Positions 22,495 to 34,959 are shown, numbered from the stretch's first letter. The stretch: 43,669 nucleotides of DNA from Eledone cirrhosa (GCA_964016885.1 CAXHJY010001046.1:1-43669), one strand, 5' to 3'. Numbers and translations: made by a program. The notes: generated by a model not told the origin, from the sequence alone.

Positions 22495-24038
22495 TGGATT
22501 ATGTATCTAACCTGAGCTTGTGGAAGGGAACTGGAGAGGTTGTTGAGTGGTTTAGGCAAATTAAATATGACAATAATAATAGGTTTATTCAACTTGATAT
22601 AGCTAACTATTATTCTTCTATTACCCCTAGTCTACTAAATAAGGCACTAAATTACGCATTCAAACATACGGACCTAACTAGCAAAGAAATGCATATTATA
22701 TTATCGGCTAGGAAAACTTTGATAGAATTTGATGACAAATTATGGACCAGAGCAGATAGAGATAGCAATTTTGACATAACTATGGGATCTTCCGACTCAG
22801 CTCAGGTAACTGACCTTGTGGGCTTATTTTTAATCAATTCGCTACATAGGAAAATACCTGGTACTACCGGAGGTTTATATAGGGATGACATGCTTTTACT
22901 TATTAATAATAATAACCCTGAACTAAATAGAAAATGTAAACAAATTACAAAATTTTTTAATTACTTTAACCTTAAAATAGAAATTGAGAACAACCATAGA
23001 ATAGTCAATTTCCTAGATATAACATTAAATCTCAACACATGTCTCCACTATCCTTTTCACAAGTTGAATGAAAACTTAAACTATGTCAACTTTAACTCTA
23101 ACCACCCCAGATCTGTCAAAAACACTATAGTAAACTCAGTCCAAAAACGTATCTCTAGGATCTCGTCGAATAGAAAGATTTTTGACGAAAAGGCCCAATA
23201 CTATAATGATGCACTAGCTAGGGCAGGGTATGCTGATAAGATTGTGTACATAGATAATGATAAACAAACTAAACAAAGTAACAACTTTTTTAATTACGGC
23301 AACAACATTAACAACTATAATAGAAAGCATTACAATAATTCCAAAGGACAAAAAAGAAATAGAACTAGGAACATAATTTGGTTTGCCCCCCCTTTCTCAC
23401 TAAACATTAAAACCCACATCGCTAAATTATTTTTCAAAGCTCTTGATAATCGCTTCCCTAGAACACATAGGTACCACTCAATCTTCAATAGGCATACAAT
23501 TAAATTAACCTACTCATCCACCAAAAATTTAGCACAAAATATTAATAGAATAAATAATAGGAACTTAAAACCTACTGATAATAGCATAAATAATATACAA
23601 GTTAACAAATGTAACTGTAGAGATAGATCTAAATGTCCGTTAAATAACAACTGCTTAGTTAAAAATATAGTATACAATTGTAATGTTAATACTGACTCTA
23701 ATTCTTTTAACTACGTCGGTTCCACATCGACGGAATTTAAACTTCGCTATAATAACCACAAGAATTCTTTCACAGATCCAAATAAAAAATCTTCAACGGC
23801 ACTATCAGGTGTACTCTGGCAACTTAAGCTAGATAACGTTAGATATTCGACGGCTTGGAATATAGTCTCAAGAGGGATTCCTTTTAATTCATCCTCTGAG
23901 ACATGTGACATCTGCGCAGAGGAGATATTCTTTATACTAAAATCTAAAAATTCCCTTAACCTACGGACAAATTTATTCAGTTGTTGCAAACATAGATTAA
24001 ACTCAACGTTTAAATATAAATTTAAATTTAAAATGTAG
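22494..24038 (+). CDS. PLE reverse transcriptase + C-terminal GIY-YIG endonuclease (5'-truncated, no true start)
   Basis: RT motifs FIQLDIANYYSSI, FDITMGSSDSAQVTDLVG, LYRDD, VNFLDITLNL, thumb YVNFNSNHP; endonuclease CNC-x5-CP-x4-C, IVY..YVGST..FKLRYNNH, CDICAEE, CCKHR. Confidence 0.95.
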   Translation: MDYVSNLSLWKGTGEVVEWFRQIKYDNNNRFIQLDIANYYSSITPSLLNKALNYAFKHTDLTSKEMHIILSARKTLIEFDDKLWTRADRDSNFDITMGSSDSAQVTDLVGLFLINSLHRKIPGTTGGLYRDDMLLLINNNNPELNRKCKQITKFFNYFNLKIEIENNHRIVNFLDITLNLNTCLHYPFHKLNENLNYVNFNSNHPRSVKNTIVNSVQKRISRISSNRKIFDEKAQYYNDALARAGYADKIVYIDNDKQTKQSNNFFNYGNNINNYNRKHYNNSKGQKRNRTRNIIWFAPPFSLNIKTHIAKLFFKALDNRFPRTHRYHSIFNRHTIKLTYSSTKNLAQNINRINNRNLKPTDNSINNIQVNKCNCRDRSKCPLNNNCLVKNIVYNCNVNTDSNSFNYVGSTSTEFKLRYNNHKNSFTDPNKKSSTALSGVLWQLKLDNVRYSTAWNIVSRGIPFNSSSETCDICAEEIFFILKSKNSLNLRTNLFSCCKHRLNSTFKYKFKFKM

Positions 24039-24825
24039 TATATTTAGTTTGATTTATATTTATATGAGAACTAGCCGATAAATCTTTTGATTCCTAAATC
24101 TTTGATTCCCTCTTTTTACTCTTTTTATTGTTTATTTTATTTTATTTATTTTTATTTTTATTTTTATTTTTATTTTTATTTTTATCTAAACATTCCTCAT
24201 GAAAAATTAAGCTACCCTAAAAGCCGATGCTCCAAATTTTTTGAATTAACCTTACACTTGATAAACTTATATATTAAATATAGGAACATATGTAGACATT
24301 ATTGGACATCATAATCTTCTTTGCGATATTCCTTGCTAGATGTGATTTGATAGATAATTTTTGGCTTTGTCTTGTAGTGAACTTGGCAATATATTGTCAA
24401 TTAACTTTGAAGGGTTGTTCTTTGTGGTTTATTTTTATTTTTATTTTTATTTTTATTTTTATTTTTATTTTTATTTTTATTTTTATTCTTTTAGTATTGT
24501 AGTATTCTATAATATTTTTATTTTTTATTTTATTTTATTTTTATTTTTAATATTTTTATATGTAAATTTTTATTTTTAATATTTTTATATGTAAAGTTTT
24601 AATACGTAATATTTTTAATACGTAGTATTTTTAATATGCAATATTTTTATTATGTAATATTCTTTCGTAATATTCTTTTTTAGTTTTCTATTCTATATTT
24701 TTATATTTTTATATATTTTTACTTATTATCATTATTATTGTTATCTCTGCTTATAATATAATATATATTTTCGATTAGTATATTGAAATCTGCTCTCTAT
24801 TTCTGCTTGATAGATAATCTTGTAG

Positions 24826-25159
24826 AGTAATCGCAAGAATAATAATACGCTCAAATTTTTATACAACATTGAGAATGTTTTCCGGTAACTTTGAATTTGC
24901 GGAGTGAATCAGTTGGATTCACATAGACATATGAATTATTTTAAAAACTAAACATAAGATAATGAATTTTCACGCATTGTGAATACTTGTTTCATCCAGG
25001 AATACTGATATTTACAATATAGTGTAAGTTTTATAAATACTAATACATTAAAACATAGGGTTTTCTACGCCTCGAATATGTCTGGCTATTTTTTAAATTT
25101 TTCTCTCTCTATATTTCTCTATATCTCTCTATATATCTCCCTTACATTAATACTTGAGC

Positions 25160-25194
<35 letters not shown>

Positions 25195-25677
25195 ATGCAT
25201 CATTGATACACTTACTCAAAATGACCTCCCACTACCTAATATTTCTATATCTATATTTATATATGTATCTATCTCTATTTCCTCTCTCTCTATATATATA
25301 TATATATATCTCTTTCTGTCTCTTTACATGAAGCTCTTCGCATTATCTATTTTTCCATCTCTCTATTTTGTCCCATGCATTTCTTCTTTTTCTTTTTCTT
25401 CTTTTTCTTCCTTTTCTTCGTTTTGTCTTTCTTTCTTTCTTATTTCCCTCTTTTCTCTCTCTCTTTCTTTCTCTCTGTATTTTCACTGCTAGAGTAAACC
25501 TCTTCAAATGAAGTTGATGTTTATTACGGTATGTCGAATATATTTATCTATAAAACTGTTTATATTGTATTTTGTCTGATGAAGGCATAGCATATTGTTA
25601 ATATGATATCCCCGAAATATATATAATGAAATAAATATGGTTTTATAAATATAGTTTTCCATTTATTTAATATTGTA
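24826..25677 (+). repeat. 3' pLTR (right arm)
   Basis: Partner of 21639-22494; contains (TAAA)n, a CT-rich tract, TATAAAA and the hammerhead. Confidence 0.95.
25568..25633 (+). ncRNA. Type I hammerhead ribozyme
   Basis: Stem I TATTTTGT/ATGAAATA; CTGATGA (25576); stem II with CATATT/AATATG hairpin; GAAA (25614); palindromic TATATA; TA. Confidence 0.82.
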
Positions 25678-25764
25678 AATATACTCCAAGTATTTGTCGA
25701 GTGCTTTTATATCAGTTATAAATATTTACTAGTTGTAACCCAACAATTTTAAATATAACTTTAC

Positions 25765-25799
<35 letters not shown>

Positions 25800-25823
25800 T
25801 ATACACACACAAACACACACACA

Positions 25824-25908
<85 letters not shown>

Positions 25909-25953
25909 TATCATTTTAACAATGAAAACAAAGTTATTTTACCTCTTTATTTC

Positions 25954-26079
25954 ATTGTTTTACGATCGTTTCTGGTGGTTGATGATAGTGACATATTGAC
26001 TGATCTATAGCAGTTATATAATTGTATACTATCAGGCATTGTATATAGGTTCGATCATACCGTCTTCTTCGGAAACAAT
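25954..26079 (-). ncRNA. Degenerate hammerhead (core CCGAAGA, long stem II region)
   Basis: Minus strand: ATTGTTT-CCGAAGA-~90 nt-GAAA-CGATCG-TA-AAACAAT. Confidence 0.55.
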
Positions 26080-26097
26080 TATTGTTTCTGAAGAATT

Positions 26098-26160
26098 ATT
26101 GTTTCTGAAGAATTGTTTCATGTCAATATGATTAACACCGCGAAACGAACGTAAAACAAT
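26098..26160 (+). ncRNA. Type I hammerhead ribozyme
   Basis: Stem I ATTGTTT/AAACAAT; CTGAAGA (26105); imperfect stem II; GAAA (26142); CGAACG; GTA. Confidence 0.7.
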
Positions 26161-26394
26161 GAAATAAATAGGTAAAATAACTTGACTTTGTTATTGTTTT
26201 TATTGTTAAAATAGTATCTAATATATCAGACTCTGTATCTAAAGGATTGACCCAGCTGAACACGGAACCTTTCTCTGGATTTCACTGGATTACTCGCTAA
26301 CAGATTACAGTGAGTTCTTTCTACAGTATGGACCCTACCACGAGGTGTAGATCACATTGAAAAAAAAATGTTATATATATATGCGTGCGTGTGT

Positions 26395-26700
26395 GAAGGT
26401 GCGTGACTTAGTAGTTAGAGAGTTGGATTCACAATCATGAGGTTGTGAATTCGATTCCCGGATCGGGTGATGCGCTGTGCTCTTGAGCAAGATACTTTAT
26501 TTCATCTTGCTCCAGATCACACAGCTGCAGAAATGAGTTGTGACGTTACTGTCTTTGCCTTGGCCGACATCGCTTGCATGGAGAAGGGAGACTGTTGCTC
26601 ATGGGCTTGTGCTAGTCTTCCATAAGCGCACCATTCCCAGGCTTTTGCGTTGGTGGGGAACTCTCTCGATGCAAAACCCATTCGTGACCGAAAGGGCTCT
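26395..26700 (+). mobile_element. Decayed tRNA-derived SINE
   Basis: A-box-like TGACTTAGTAG (~26404), B-box-like GAATTCGATTCCC (26447-26459), then CTTGAGCAAGATACTTT typical of invertebrate SINE bodies; ends in a CA/TA repeat. Confidence 0.65.
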
Positions 26701-26707
26701 TATAAAT

Positions 26708-26744
<37 letters not shown>

Positions 26745-26747
26745 CAG

Positions 26748-26781
<34 letters not shown>

Positions 26782-27822
26782 TATATATATTGTTATACTT
26801 GGGGAGGGTCACATTGTTATAATATTACCAGAAATGATAACAGAACACACTCACTGTTTGGTTTGAACGAGGAATCAGTATTGCATCAAACCACAATTTA
26901 ATTACATATTACATATATATTTAATACATAAACAGAGAAAGCCTTAAGCGATACTCTGACCAACTCCATCTCACTCAACAAACATTAGGATATACCTAAG
27001 TATTATCCCAATTTAGTGTTTGGGCTGCTAACTAATCAGTATTTCGTGAATAGCTGGTTGTATTATTTTATATGAGACATTATTAAATAAATAACTCTTT
27101 CCTTCCAGTTTCGTTATAAGATTTCTACCATTTGGGATAAATAATTTCCAGGTTATGTAGAAACATGTATATAATCCATAGTTTTATACACAAGCGGGCT
27201 CTTATAAACTCATCAGTGGATGCCCAAATAAGAATTATATCGACATTAATAGATTAGTGATGGTCTCCCTCAGCGCTAAGAAGAGACTGGTAGATTACAA
27301 AATCCAGCAGTCCTCCAAAATGATGGGGCACAGTTGTGTTCTCTAGAAAATGGTTGCATTTATAGACATGTGAAAGAAGACGTGAGAAAGAAGATTCGTA
27401 TGTGGTGAAAGCAAAGCCATACATTATATGTTAGCAAACCTTAGTTCAACATTTATAGAATTCAGATCTTTTCTATCCATGCGTAGAATCATGATGATGA
27501 TCATCATCATATTTACGTCTACGTCTCTATGCTGGCATGGGATGAGCTCGACCCTTTGAGGAAGTGTTTTAAAATTGGATACTCTTCCTAAGGCTAATCC
27601 TTTTAATTGCTTCTTACACGACACGCAAAGTTATAGGGTCGAGAAGTACACATTTAACAACACCCAGCGCTATTAATATGAAATATTAAAGAAATACACG
27701 AGAAATGGTTTGTAAATTAGAAATTCACCAAATAACTCAATAAATTAGATTCAGTTTGAGAGGTATGTAAAATATGTTCTGTGGATTATGTTAATAAAAT
27801 CAATTCGCGGCATTTATATTTT

Positions 27823-27824
<2 letters not shown>

Positions 27825-27894
<70 letters not shown>
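27825..27894. repeat. (CA)n microsatellite
   Basis: Directly visible. Confidence 0.97.
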
Positions 27895-27896
<2 letters not shown>

Positions 27897-28540
27897 GCGT
27901 ATTGAGGCGTATATGCGTATGTATGTGTATATTGATATATATATATATATATAGTCATTTTCAATATGCCTACAATAAGAATTAAAATCATGTTCTGTAG
28001 ACTAATCGAAATGAAATAATCCAAGCCACATTAAAATAAATGGGTATATATCAGCGCGTGTTTGTGTGTGTGTGTGTGTGTGTGTGCGTGTATGGGCACG
28101 GAAAAGTAACAAAGGAGATCAATACAATTCAATTTAACTCTTGATATAATAGGAAAAGAATCTCAATATTTCGGATGATACTTCTTCATCGGAAGATAAA
28201 ATGAGAAAGAGAAGAGAGGATATTTATTAGAGAGAAGAAGGAATAAGATAAATGAGAGTGAAAAAGGGAAAAAACGGCTGTGAAATGACTTGCAGTTTGT
28301 CAGCGACACACACACACGCGCACACGTGAATGTTTCCATATATATTTATTTACACACACACACATACACACACAGACATATATACATGCCCCAGCATGGC
28401 CAGTGTCTCTGATCTGGAACAAGTAAAAGAATCTATGAGTGTATTTATGGCCATCACTGTCTGTCTGTGTTGTATATATATACAAATATCTCACAAGAAA
28501 ACCCCGCTTCCATCAAGCATTAACAATCAATAATTAAGAG

Positions 28541-28596
28541 ACATATATATATATGTATATATATATATAAATATATATATATATACATATATATAT

Positions 28597-28643
<47 letters not shown>

Positions 28644-28680
28644 CATATATACATATATATATATACATATATATATATAC

Positions 28681-28711
<31 letters not shown>

Positions 28712-28969
28712 CATATATATATACATATATATACATATATATATATACATATATATATATGTATATATATCTTAATATCTATCTATCTCTCTCTCTCTCG
28801 ATCTCTTTATATATATATATATAATATATAATATAATATAATATAATATATATATATAATATTTATATAATATAATATATATATATATATATATAATATT
28901 TATATAATATAATATATATATATATATATATAATATTTATATAATATAATATATATATATATATATATA
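28541..28969. repeat. (TA)n-based microsatellite
   Basis: Directly visible. Confidence 0.95.
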
Positions 28970-29010
28970 GCAAGATTCTTTATCTGAAAACGTGTGTTGA
29001 AACCGATATT

Positions 29011-29674
29011 GTTATACTTTGGGAGGGTCATGTTGCCAATAAGAAACACACGCACCAGTTGCTTTCACTTCAATTTATCATAATAAATTTATAAATTTAG
29101 GAATTTATAAATTTCCGGTTGGTTGGTTGGTGCCACAACCAGATGATTGTTTATATATTGTCAAAGTTATTTCCTCACACATTCTGTGACCTCTTCAGTG
29201 ACTGGGGATTCTTTTTTTTTCTTGAACTCCAACCAAAATTAAATAGAAAACATGAGTGGAACAGCAACATCACAACTTACAATTAAGGACAAAATGAAAA
29301 CACACACGCACATAGAACAAACAACCAACCAGTAACATGTAAATAAACAAATAAATAAACAAATATAAACACACACAGACACCCGGATGTAACATATGCG
29401 CAAACTAAGCACACAACACACACACAAAACAAGATGGCGTAGGACAGAACAAAGGAGAGGCACAAAAACAATGAAAAGAATCCCCAGTCACTGAAGATGT
29501 CACAGAATGTGTGACGAAAGGATTTTGACAATATATAAACAATCATCTGGTTGTGGAACCAACCAATCAACCGGAAATTTATAAATTCCTAAATTTATAA
29601 ATTTATTATAATAAATTGAAGTGAAAGCAACTGGTGCGTGTGTTTCTTATTGGCAACATGACCCTCCCAAAGTA

Positions 29675-29678
<4 letters not shown>
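29011..29678. mobile_element. Non-coding element with ~205-bp terminal inverted repeats, each holding a degenerate hammerhead (probable PLE inverted-pLTR derivative)
   Basis: 29011-29215 is the reverse complement of 29474-29678; GTCA-CTGAAGA-tGTCACA-gaatg-TGTGAC-GAAA-ggattt-TGAC at 29487-29529. Confidence 0.8.
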
Positions 29679-29711
<33 letters not shown>

Positions 29712-29730
29712 CGTATGTATATATATATAG

Positions 29731-29802
29731 AGAGTTGAGATGGAGGGTCTGTGGTTTTTCTCACACGTGTGAGAAAAACCACAGACCCTCCATCTCAACT
29801 CT
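29731..29802. repeat. Perfect 72-bp palindrome with no spacer
   Basis: AGAGTTGAGATGGAGGGTCTGTGGTTTTTCTCACAC followed directly by its exact reverse complement. Confidence 0.97.
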
Positions 29803-29803
29803 A

Positions 29804-29920
29804 CTTTTGAAAAGCAGAAGAACTGCGAAACCGGTAAAGGAACCAAATAAATATATATATTTTTTTAAAAATAAGACTCCAGTTGCATTTTCGATTTCAT
29901 CGTTTTTTCTTTATATATAT
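29804..29920 (+). mobile_element. pLTR tip with degenerate hammerhead
   Basis: CTTT-TGAAAA (mutated core)-GCAG-aagaa-CTGC-GAAA-CCGG-TA-AAGG, then AATAAA and (TA)n; 3' part shared with 20812-20900. Confidence 0.6.
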
Positions 29921-29992
29921 AAATAAATTTTAAAAAAAAATATATATATATATACTGTTGGCTTCTTGCTACAATAATTTCTATACTTTTCA

Positions 29993-30036
<44 letters not shown>

Positions 30037-32084
30037 ATATTTATTTATTTATTTATAAAGGGTAGGGGAAGATTGAAAGACAGAGGGAAGATAACGAACC
30101 AGGAAATATTAATTTCAAAATAACATATATTTCATATAGCACATCGTGTTTTAATGAAGAGTGGAAAATGTTTCCTAAGCACAAGTTGGGCAATATGTAA
30201 AGGTCAGACAATGTTACAGCAGGCATTTATCTTTGATTCTTAAACATTTTCTTATCTCTTCCCTTCCGCATATTCATTTCTCTCTCATCTAAGATGGAGC
30301 CAAGAAACCATCCAATACATACCGAGCTGTCCACTAACGTAACAAATGCTTAAGTATGTAGCAATGTTGCTTTCTTACTCGCTTCTAGTGTGTCTTTTCT
30401 TTTTGATATTTATCTACAAACCTACCTCGTAATTTCCTAACAATATTCCACAGATTCCTTACGAGGTACCTACATATATTTATTGCTACTTACTTTAAAA
30501 CCTCCCTAACTACAAATTTACTAAATTTCCTGCGCTAAGTAGCGAAACAAAATGAAAACAATATCGTGTCTACCAAACTTTTTAGCTTCTCTAATTTATC
30601 AAAATGTTATGCAATTCATAACCGTCAGTTTGAGAAGTATTTGGCGTTGTAATAATCCCCAGTTAGTCTTTACTAAATTAAATGCATTCAACTCAAAATT
30701 ATTCAACTCGATATAAAGCCTACTTCAATAATGATACTATCTTCAATAAAAACCAAGTCGCTTTGGAAGAGAGATAAAATAATTTCTTTCGTGTGTTATC
30801 ATTTATCATTTTATTTAACTAAATTTGAGAGATAAAAGCAAAAGCTTCAGTAAATTCTTTTCAGAAAATAGTGAAAACAAACCAAATACTGCAAGGAGTA
30901 CTGCACCTCGCCCACCTATCTTCTATCTCAATAATTGCGGTTCATTCAGCAGAATCATTTAGGTCATTTTATCTTTTTACGTTTAGCGGGAAGAATAAAC
31001 CTCTGTTACCGCTAAATGTTTCCTAGACAGTAAAGCCAATGAGGTTGATGTTAGATACCAGCCTACTCAGATTGGAATATGCAACAAAACCGAGGATGTG
31101 AAGGAAATTTCAGAGGCCCACAGTGCATTGGGTGAATAATATGGCAAATTGTTTAGTATGAATTCTGCATGTTGAATAACAGAGGAATGAGTAGTGGATG
31201 AGTATATACTTAAGATGAGGCGGGGAAAATGTGGTACACCGCTTGCTTTTCAGTAATACAGAGCTCACTGTAGTATCGATATGGAAGAGAGAGAGATGGA
31301 GAGAGAGAGTAAGAGAGAGAGAGAGATAGGAAGAGAGCAGAAAATGCATGCTTCTTAATGTGCGATGTAACGTATCAGATAGATGTCTTTTTCTGGATAT
31401 GAGATTCTAGTAAATTGAAGTGACACATCCAAAACGTGTTGTCAATTTCAGTTGAAGTGACTGAAATTGTCTTCGCACTTGACACCTGTATATTTGATGG
31501 GAAGACAGTGTGAAAAGAGATAAATTAGTTGTGCTTATGTGGTGTAGAACTCGAAGCAAAATTGGCCATACATCCTTCAGTTTCTCGGTAGTAGACTTGC
31601 AGGCGTAGCGGCAGATGTGGGTATGATAATATTTGATATCATTCTGGCATTGTCAGAGGTATTCGTTGACTGAATACTTCCACTGCAATTTCCAGTGAAT
31701 AACTTAATAGTTTAGGTGTTGTTTGTTTGTGTGAGAGTTATCGTATGTCATATCTAAGAGGTTGGTATCAATCACATGTTCACCTGTCTCAGATGAATCA
31801 CAAGTGAAATATATTATATCAAAATGGTAACCAACATAGAACTGAAGAGAATCTAACATTGTATAGTTCCATATGAGATAGAACTGCACAGTAGAAAATC
31901 TTATATGTGAATTTTATAATCAAAGGAGGAAAGACAGTTTCCATGTTCCTTTGCAGGGCCTTCCATAGACTTAGAAGATATCCTCAGATAGGAGACCTGA
32001 ATTCTGTTGAGCTCGCTCTCAAGTTTCATGTTAAACAGGGTGACGGGATTAAGTCAACCACTTAAGTGCAGTAACGTTCATTCC

Positions 32085-32205
32085 GATGTGCTTCCACACA
32101 GTTAGAATCTGTCCAATTTTACTCACCAGACAGAAATAGGCCCAACGCTATGGTGGTAGACATTTTCACATGTACTGCTGAGTGGAATCAAACGCAAGAC
32201 CATGT
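32085..32205 (-). mobile_element. Highly decayed SINE fragment
   Basis: CTTCCACACAGT...ACTCAC...GGCCC..GCTAT.GT.G.AGACA...AGTGGAATCAAAC..AGACCATGT resembles the reverse of a tRNA-SINE head/body; recognised from memory only. Confidence 0.35.
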
Positions 32206-33516
32206 AGATCTATTTTAGCAGAGATTGAGATGACTGGATAGATATGAGGTTTGCAGAAGAGAATGAGATTAATATAATTTAAAGATGAGAAATTTGGCAA
32301 CAAATGTGGTATGTTGGTCAGGGACATACTCATGTATGTACGTATACTAATTAATGCGGATATTATAGAGGTTTGATCATTTTCGGACTTGTGTTAGTTG
32401 TGGCGAGATACAAAGACAATAGGTATTCTAAATATCGATGACAACTAGGATGCTAACATTAGAGAGAGGTTAACTAAAATGTCTTTAATGAAGAGATGCA
32501 AAGTAACTGAATAACTGCTGGTGGATAGATAAAGAATTCACAGAGATTGGAGAGACTGAAAGCTTTGAAGCAAGAGGGAATGTTCCAAAGAATATATTTA
32601 ACCAGAAATAAGTGACGATATTAACTACCAAATAGGAGACAAAATGTAACTAAGTTACCATGGTTGCAAATGTGTATGTGTATGCTTTTGCCAGTATACT
32701 ACAAATAAATCGAGAAAATAAGTCTATAAAACATTCCGATTCTCAGCATAATGAAATGATTAAAGTTTCCTAATAAATCAATGGTAGTTATTTTATTAAT
32801 CTATTGTAAATGCTTAATCATGTTTCACACGATGAGAACTCGATCAAACATTTATCCCTTTAACTATTTTCTTTATCATTAATGATTGTCCTGGCTGTTT
32901 ATACAAATAATATTACAGAACTATATTTATTTAATCAGCATATTAGATGGTTGATATACAATTACCGTTATCCTGTAGCTTAGTTTAAATAAAGGACAAT
33001 TCTATGTTTGAAAACACTCTTGGGGTAAAATAAACATTTGAGTGTATTAAATGTATGAGATTTATATAATTTATTATGGCTATGATAGCCGTACTGGTGT
33101 AATATACATAGTTTAACAGATTTGTTTGTTTATGTTTTCAAAGGGCCAGGATTGTTACAATGAATTATTATATTACTTATACACAAAAATCTATGTCGTT
33201 CCTCTAATATCCTTGCTTTGTTATTTTTTTTATCCATAGAAATATATTTGCCTGTTATATTACCAAGTAACATATTCCTGCGGAAGAGAATGCCACTGGA
33301 GGATATATTAGGTTTAATGGAACATTTATATGTTTTCATTTTAAACTGACAACAATTTATGTGTTAATATTCAGATACTTGAAAGAATTATAAACCTACA
33401 CAAATAGCACTTGGAGAGAAAAATTAGCCGTTATACATTTACGATAAAAGTCATTACTTCAATATATAGCTGCATATAAAGTTATCTAAATTGTAACTTC
33501 TGCAAAGATTTTTGTT

Positions 33517-33532
33517 ATATATATATATATAT

Positions 33533-33567
<35 letters not shown>

Positions 33568-33584
33568 CATATATATATATATAT

Positions 33585-33617
<33 letters not shown>

Positions 33618-33674
33618 CATATTATATATATATATATATATATATAACATATATATATATATATATATATATAT

Positions 33675-33707
<33 letters not shown>

Positions 33708-33732
33708 CATATATATATATATATATATATAT

Positions 33733-33777
<45 letters not shown>

Positions 33778-33805
33778 CATATATATATATATATATATAT
33801 ATATA

Positions 33806-33840
<35 letters not shown>

Positions 33841-33928
33841 CATATATATATATATATATATATATAACATATATATATATTATATATATATTATATAACA
33901 TATATATATATATATATTATATATATAT

Positions 33929-33963
<35 letters not shown>

Positions 33964-33979
33964 CATATATATATATATA

Positions 33980-34011
<32 letters not shown>

Positions 34012-34208
34012 ACATATATATATATATATAACATTATTATATATATATATATATATATAACATATATATATATATATAACATATATATATATATATATAT
34101 ATATATAACATATATATATATATATATATATAACATATATATATATATATATAATAACATATATATATATATATATATATAACATATATATATATATATA
34201 TATATAAC

Positions 34209-34240
<32 letters not shown>

Positions 34241-34327
34241 TATATATATGTTATTGATATCAATTGTGCCAAACAAAAGTAGAAACAAATATTATATATC
34301 AATAATATATATATATATAACATATAT

Positions 34328-34364
<37 letters not shown>

Positions 34365-34514
34365 GTCAATAACATATATATATATATATATATATATATG
34401 TTATATATAATATATGGTATATTATATATATATATGTTATATATATATATGGTATATATATATAATATATATGTTAATTATATATATGGTATATATATAT
34501 ATATATTATATATA

Positions 34515-34557
<43 letters not shown>

Positions 34558-34639
34558 ATGGTATATATATATATATATTATATATATATATGGTATATAT
34601 ATATATTTATATATGGTATATATATATATATATATATAT

Positions 34640-34681
<42 letters not shown>

Positions 34682-34720
34682 ATGGTATATATATATATAT
34701 GGTATATATATATATATACC

Positions 34721-34751
<31 letters not shown>

Positions 34752-34830
34752 AATAACATATATATATATATATATATGTTATATATATATATAATATATA
34801 TGTATATATATATATATAATATATATATAT

Positions 34831-34872
<42 letters not shown>

Positions 34873-34876
34873 ATGG

Positions 34877-34912
<36 letters not shown>

Positions 34913-34916
34913 ATGG

Positions 34917-34959
<43 letters not shown>

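Larger units (their letters stand above)
21639..25765 (+). mobile_element. Penelope-like retroelement with inverted 5' pLTR, RT-GIY-YIG ORF, 3' pLTR and tail
   Basis: ORF motifs plus 21639-22494 being the reverse complement of 24826-25677; microsatellite on both flanks. Confidence 0.95.
25901..26224. mobile_element. Fold-back element made of two head-to-head hammerhead-bearing pLTR tips
   Basis: 25901-25971 is the imperfect reverse complement of 26143-26224; centre GGAAACAAT-T-ATTGTTTCT at ~26080. Confidence 0.75.

Noticed and set aside
22494-24038. Selenocysteine recoding, reported for some Naiad PLEs
   Set aside because: No in-frame TGA at the Cys positions in this ORF or the 9128 ORF; no SECIS recognised.
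26395-26465. tRNA gene
   Set aside because: Degenerate A/B boxes with no cloverleaf, followed by a SINE body; the same applies to 36470-36558.
30000-33500. Possible host exons (ORFs 31704-31889 and 33130-33339, splice-like sites)
   Set aside because: No recognisable protein motif; RNA-seq or homology search would be needed.
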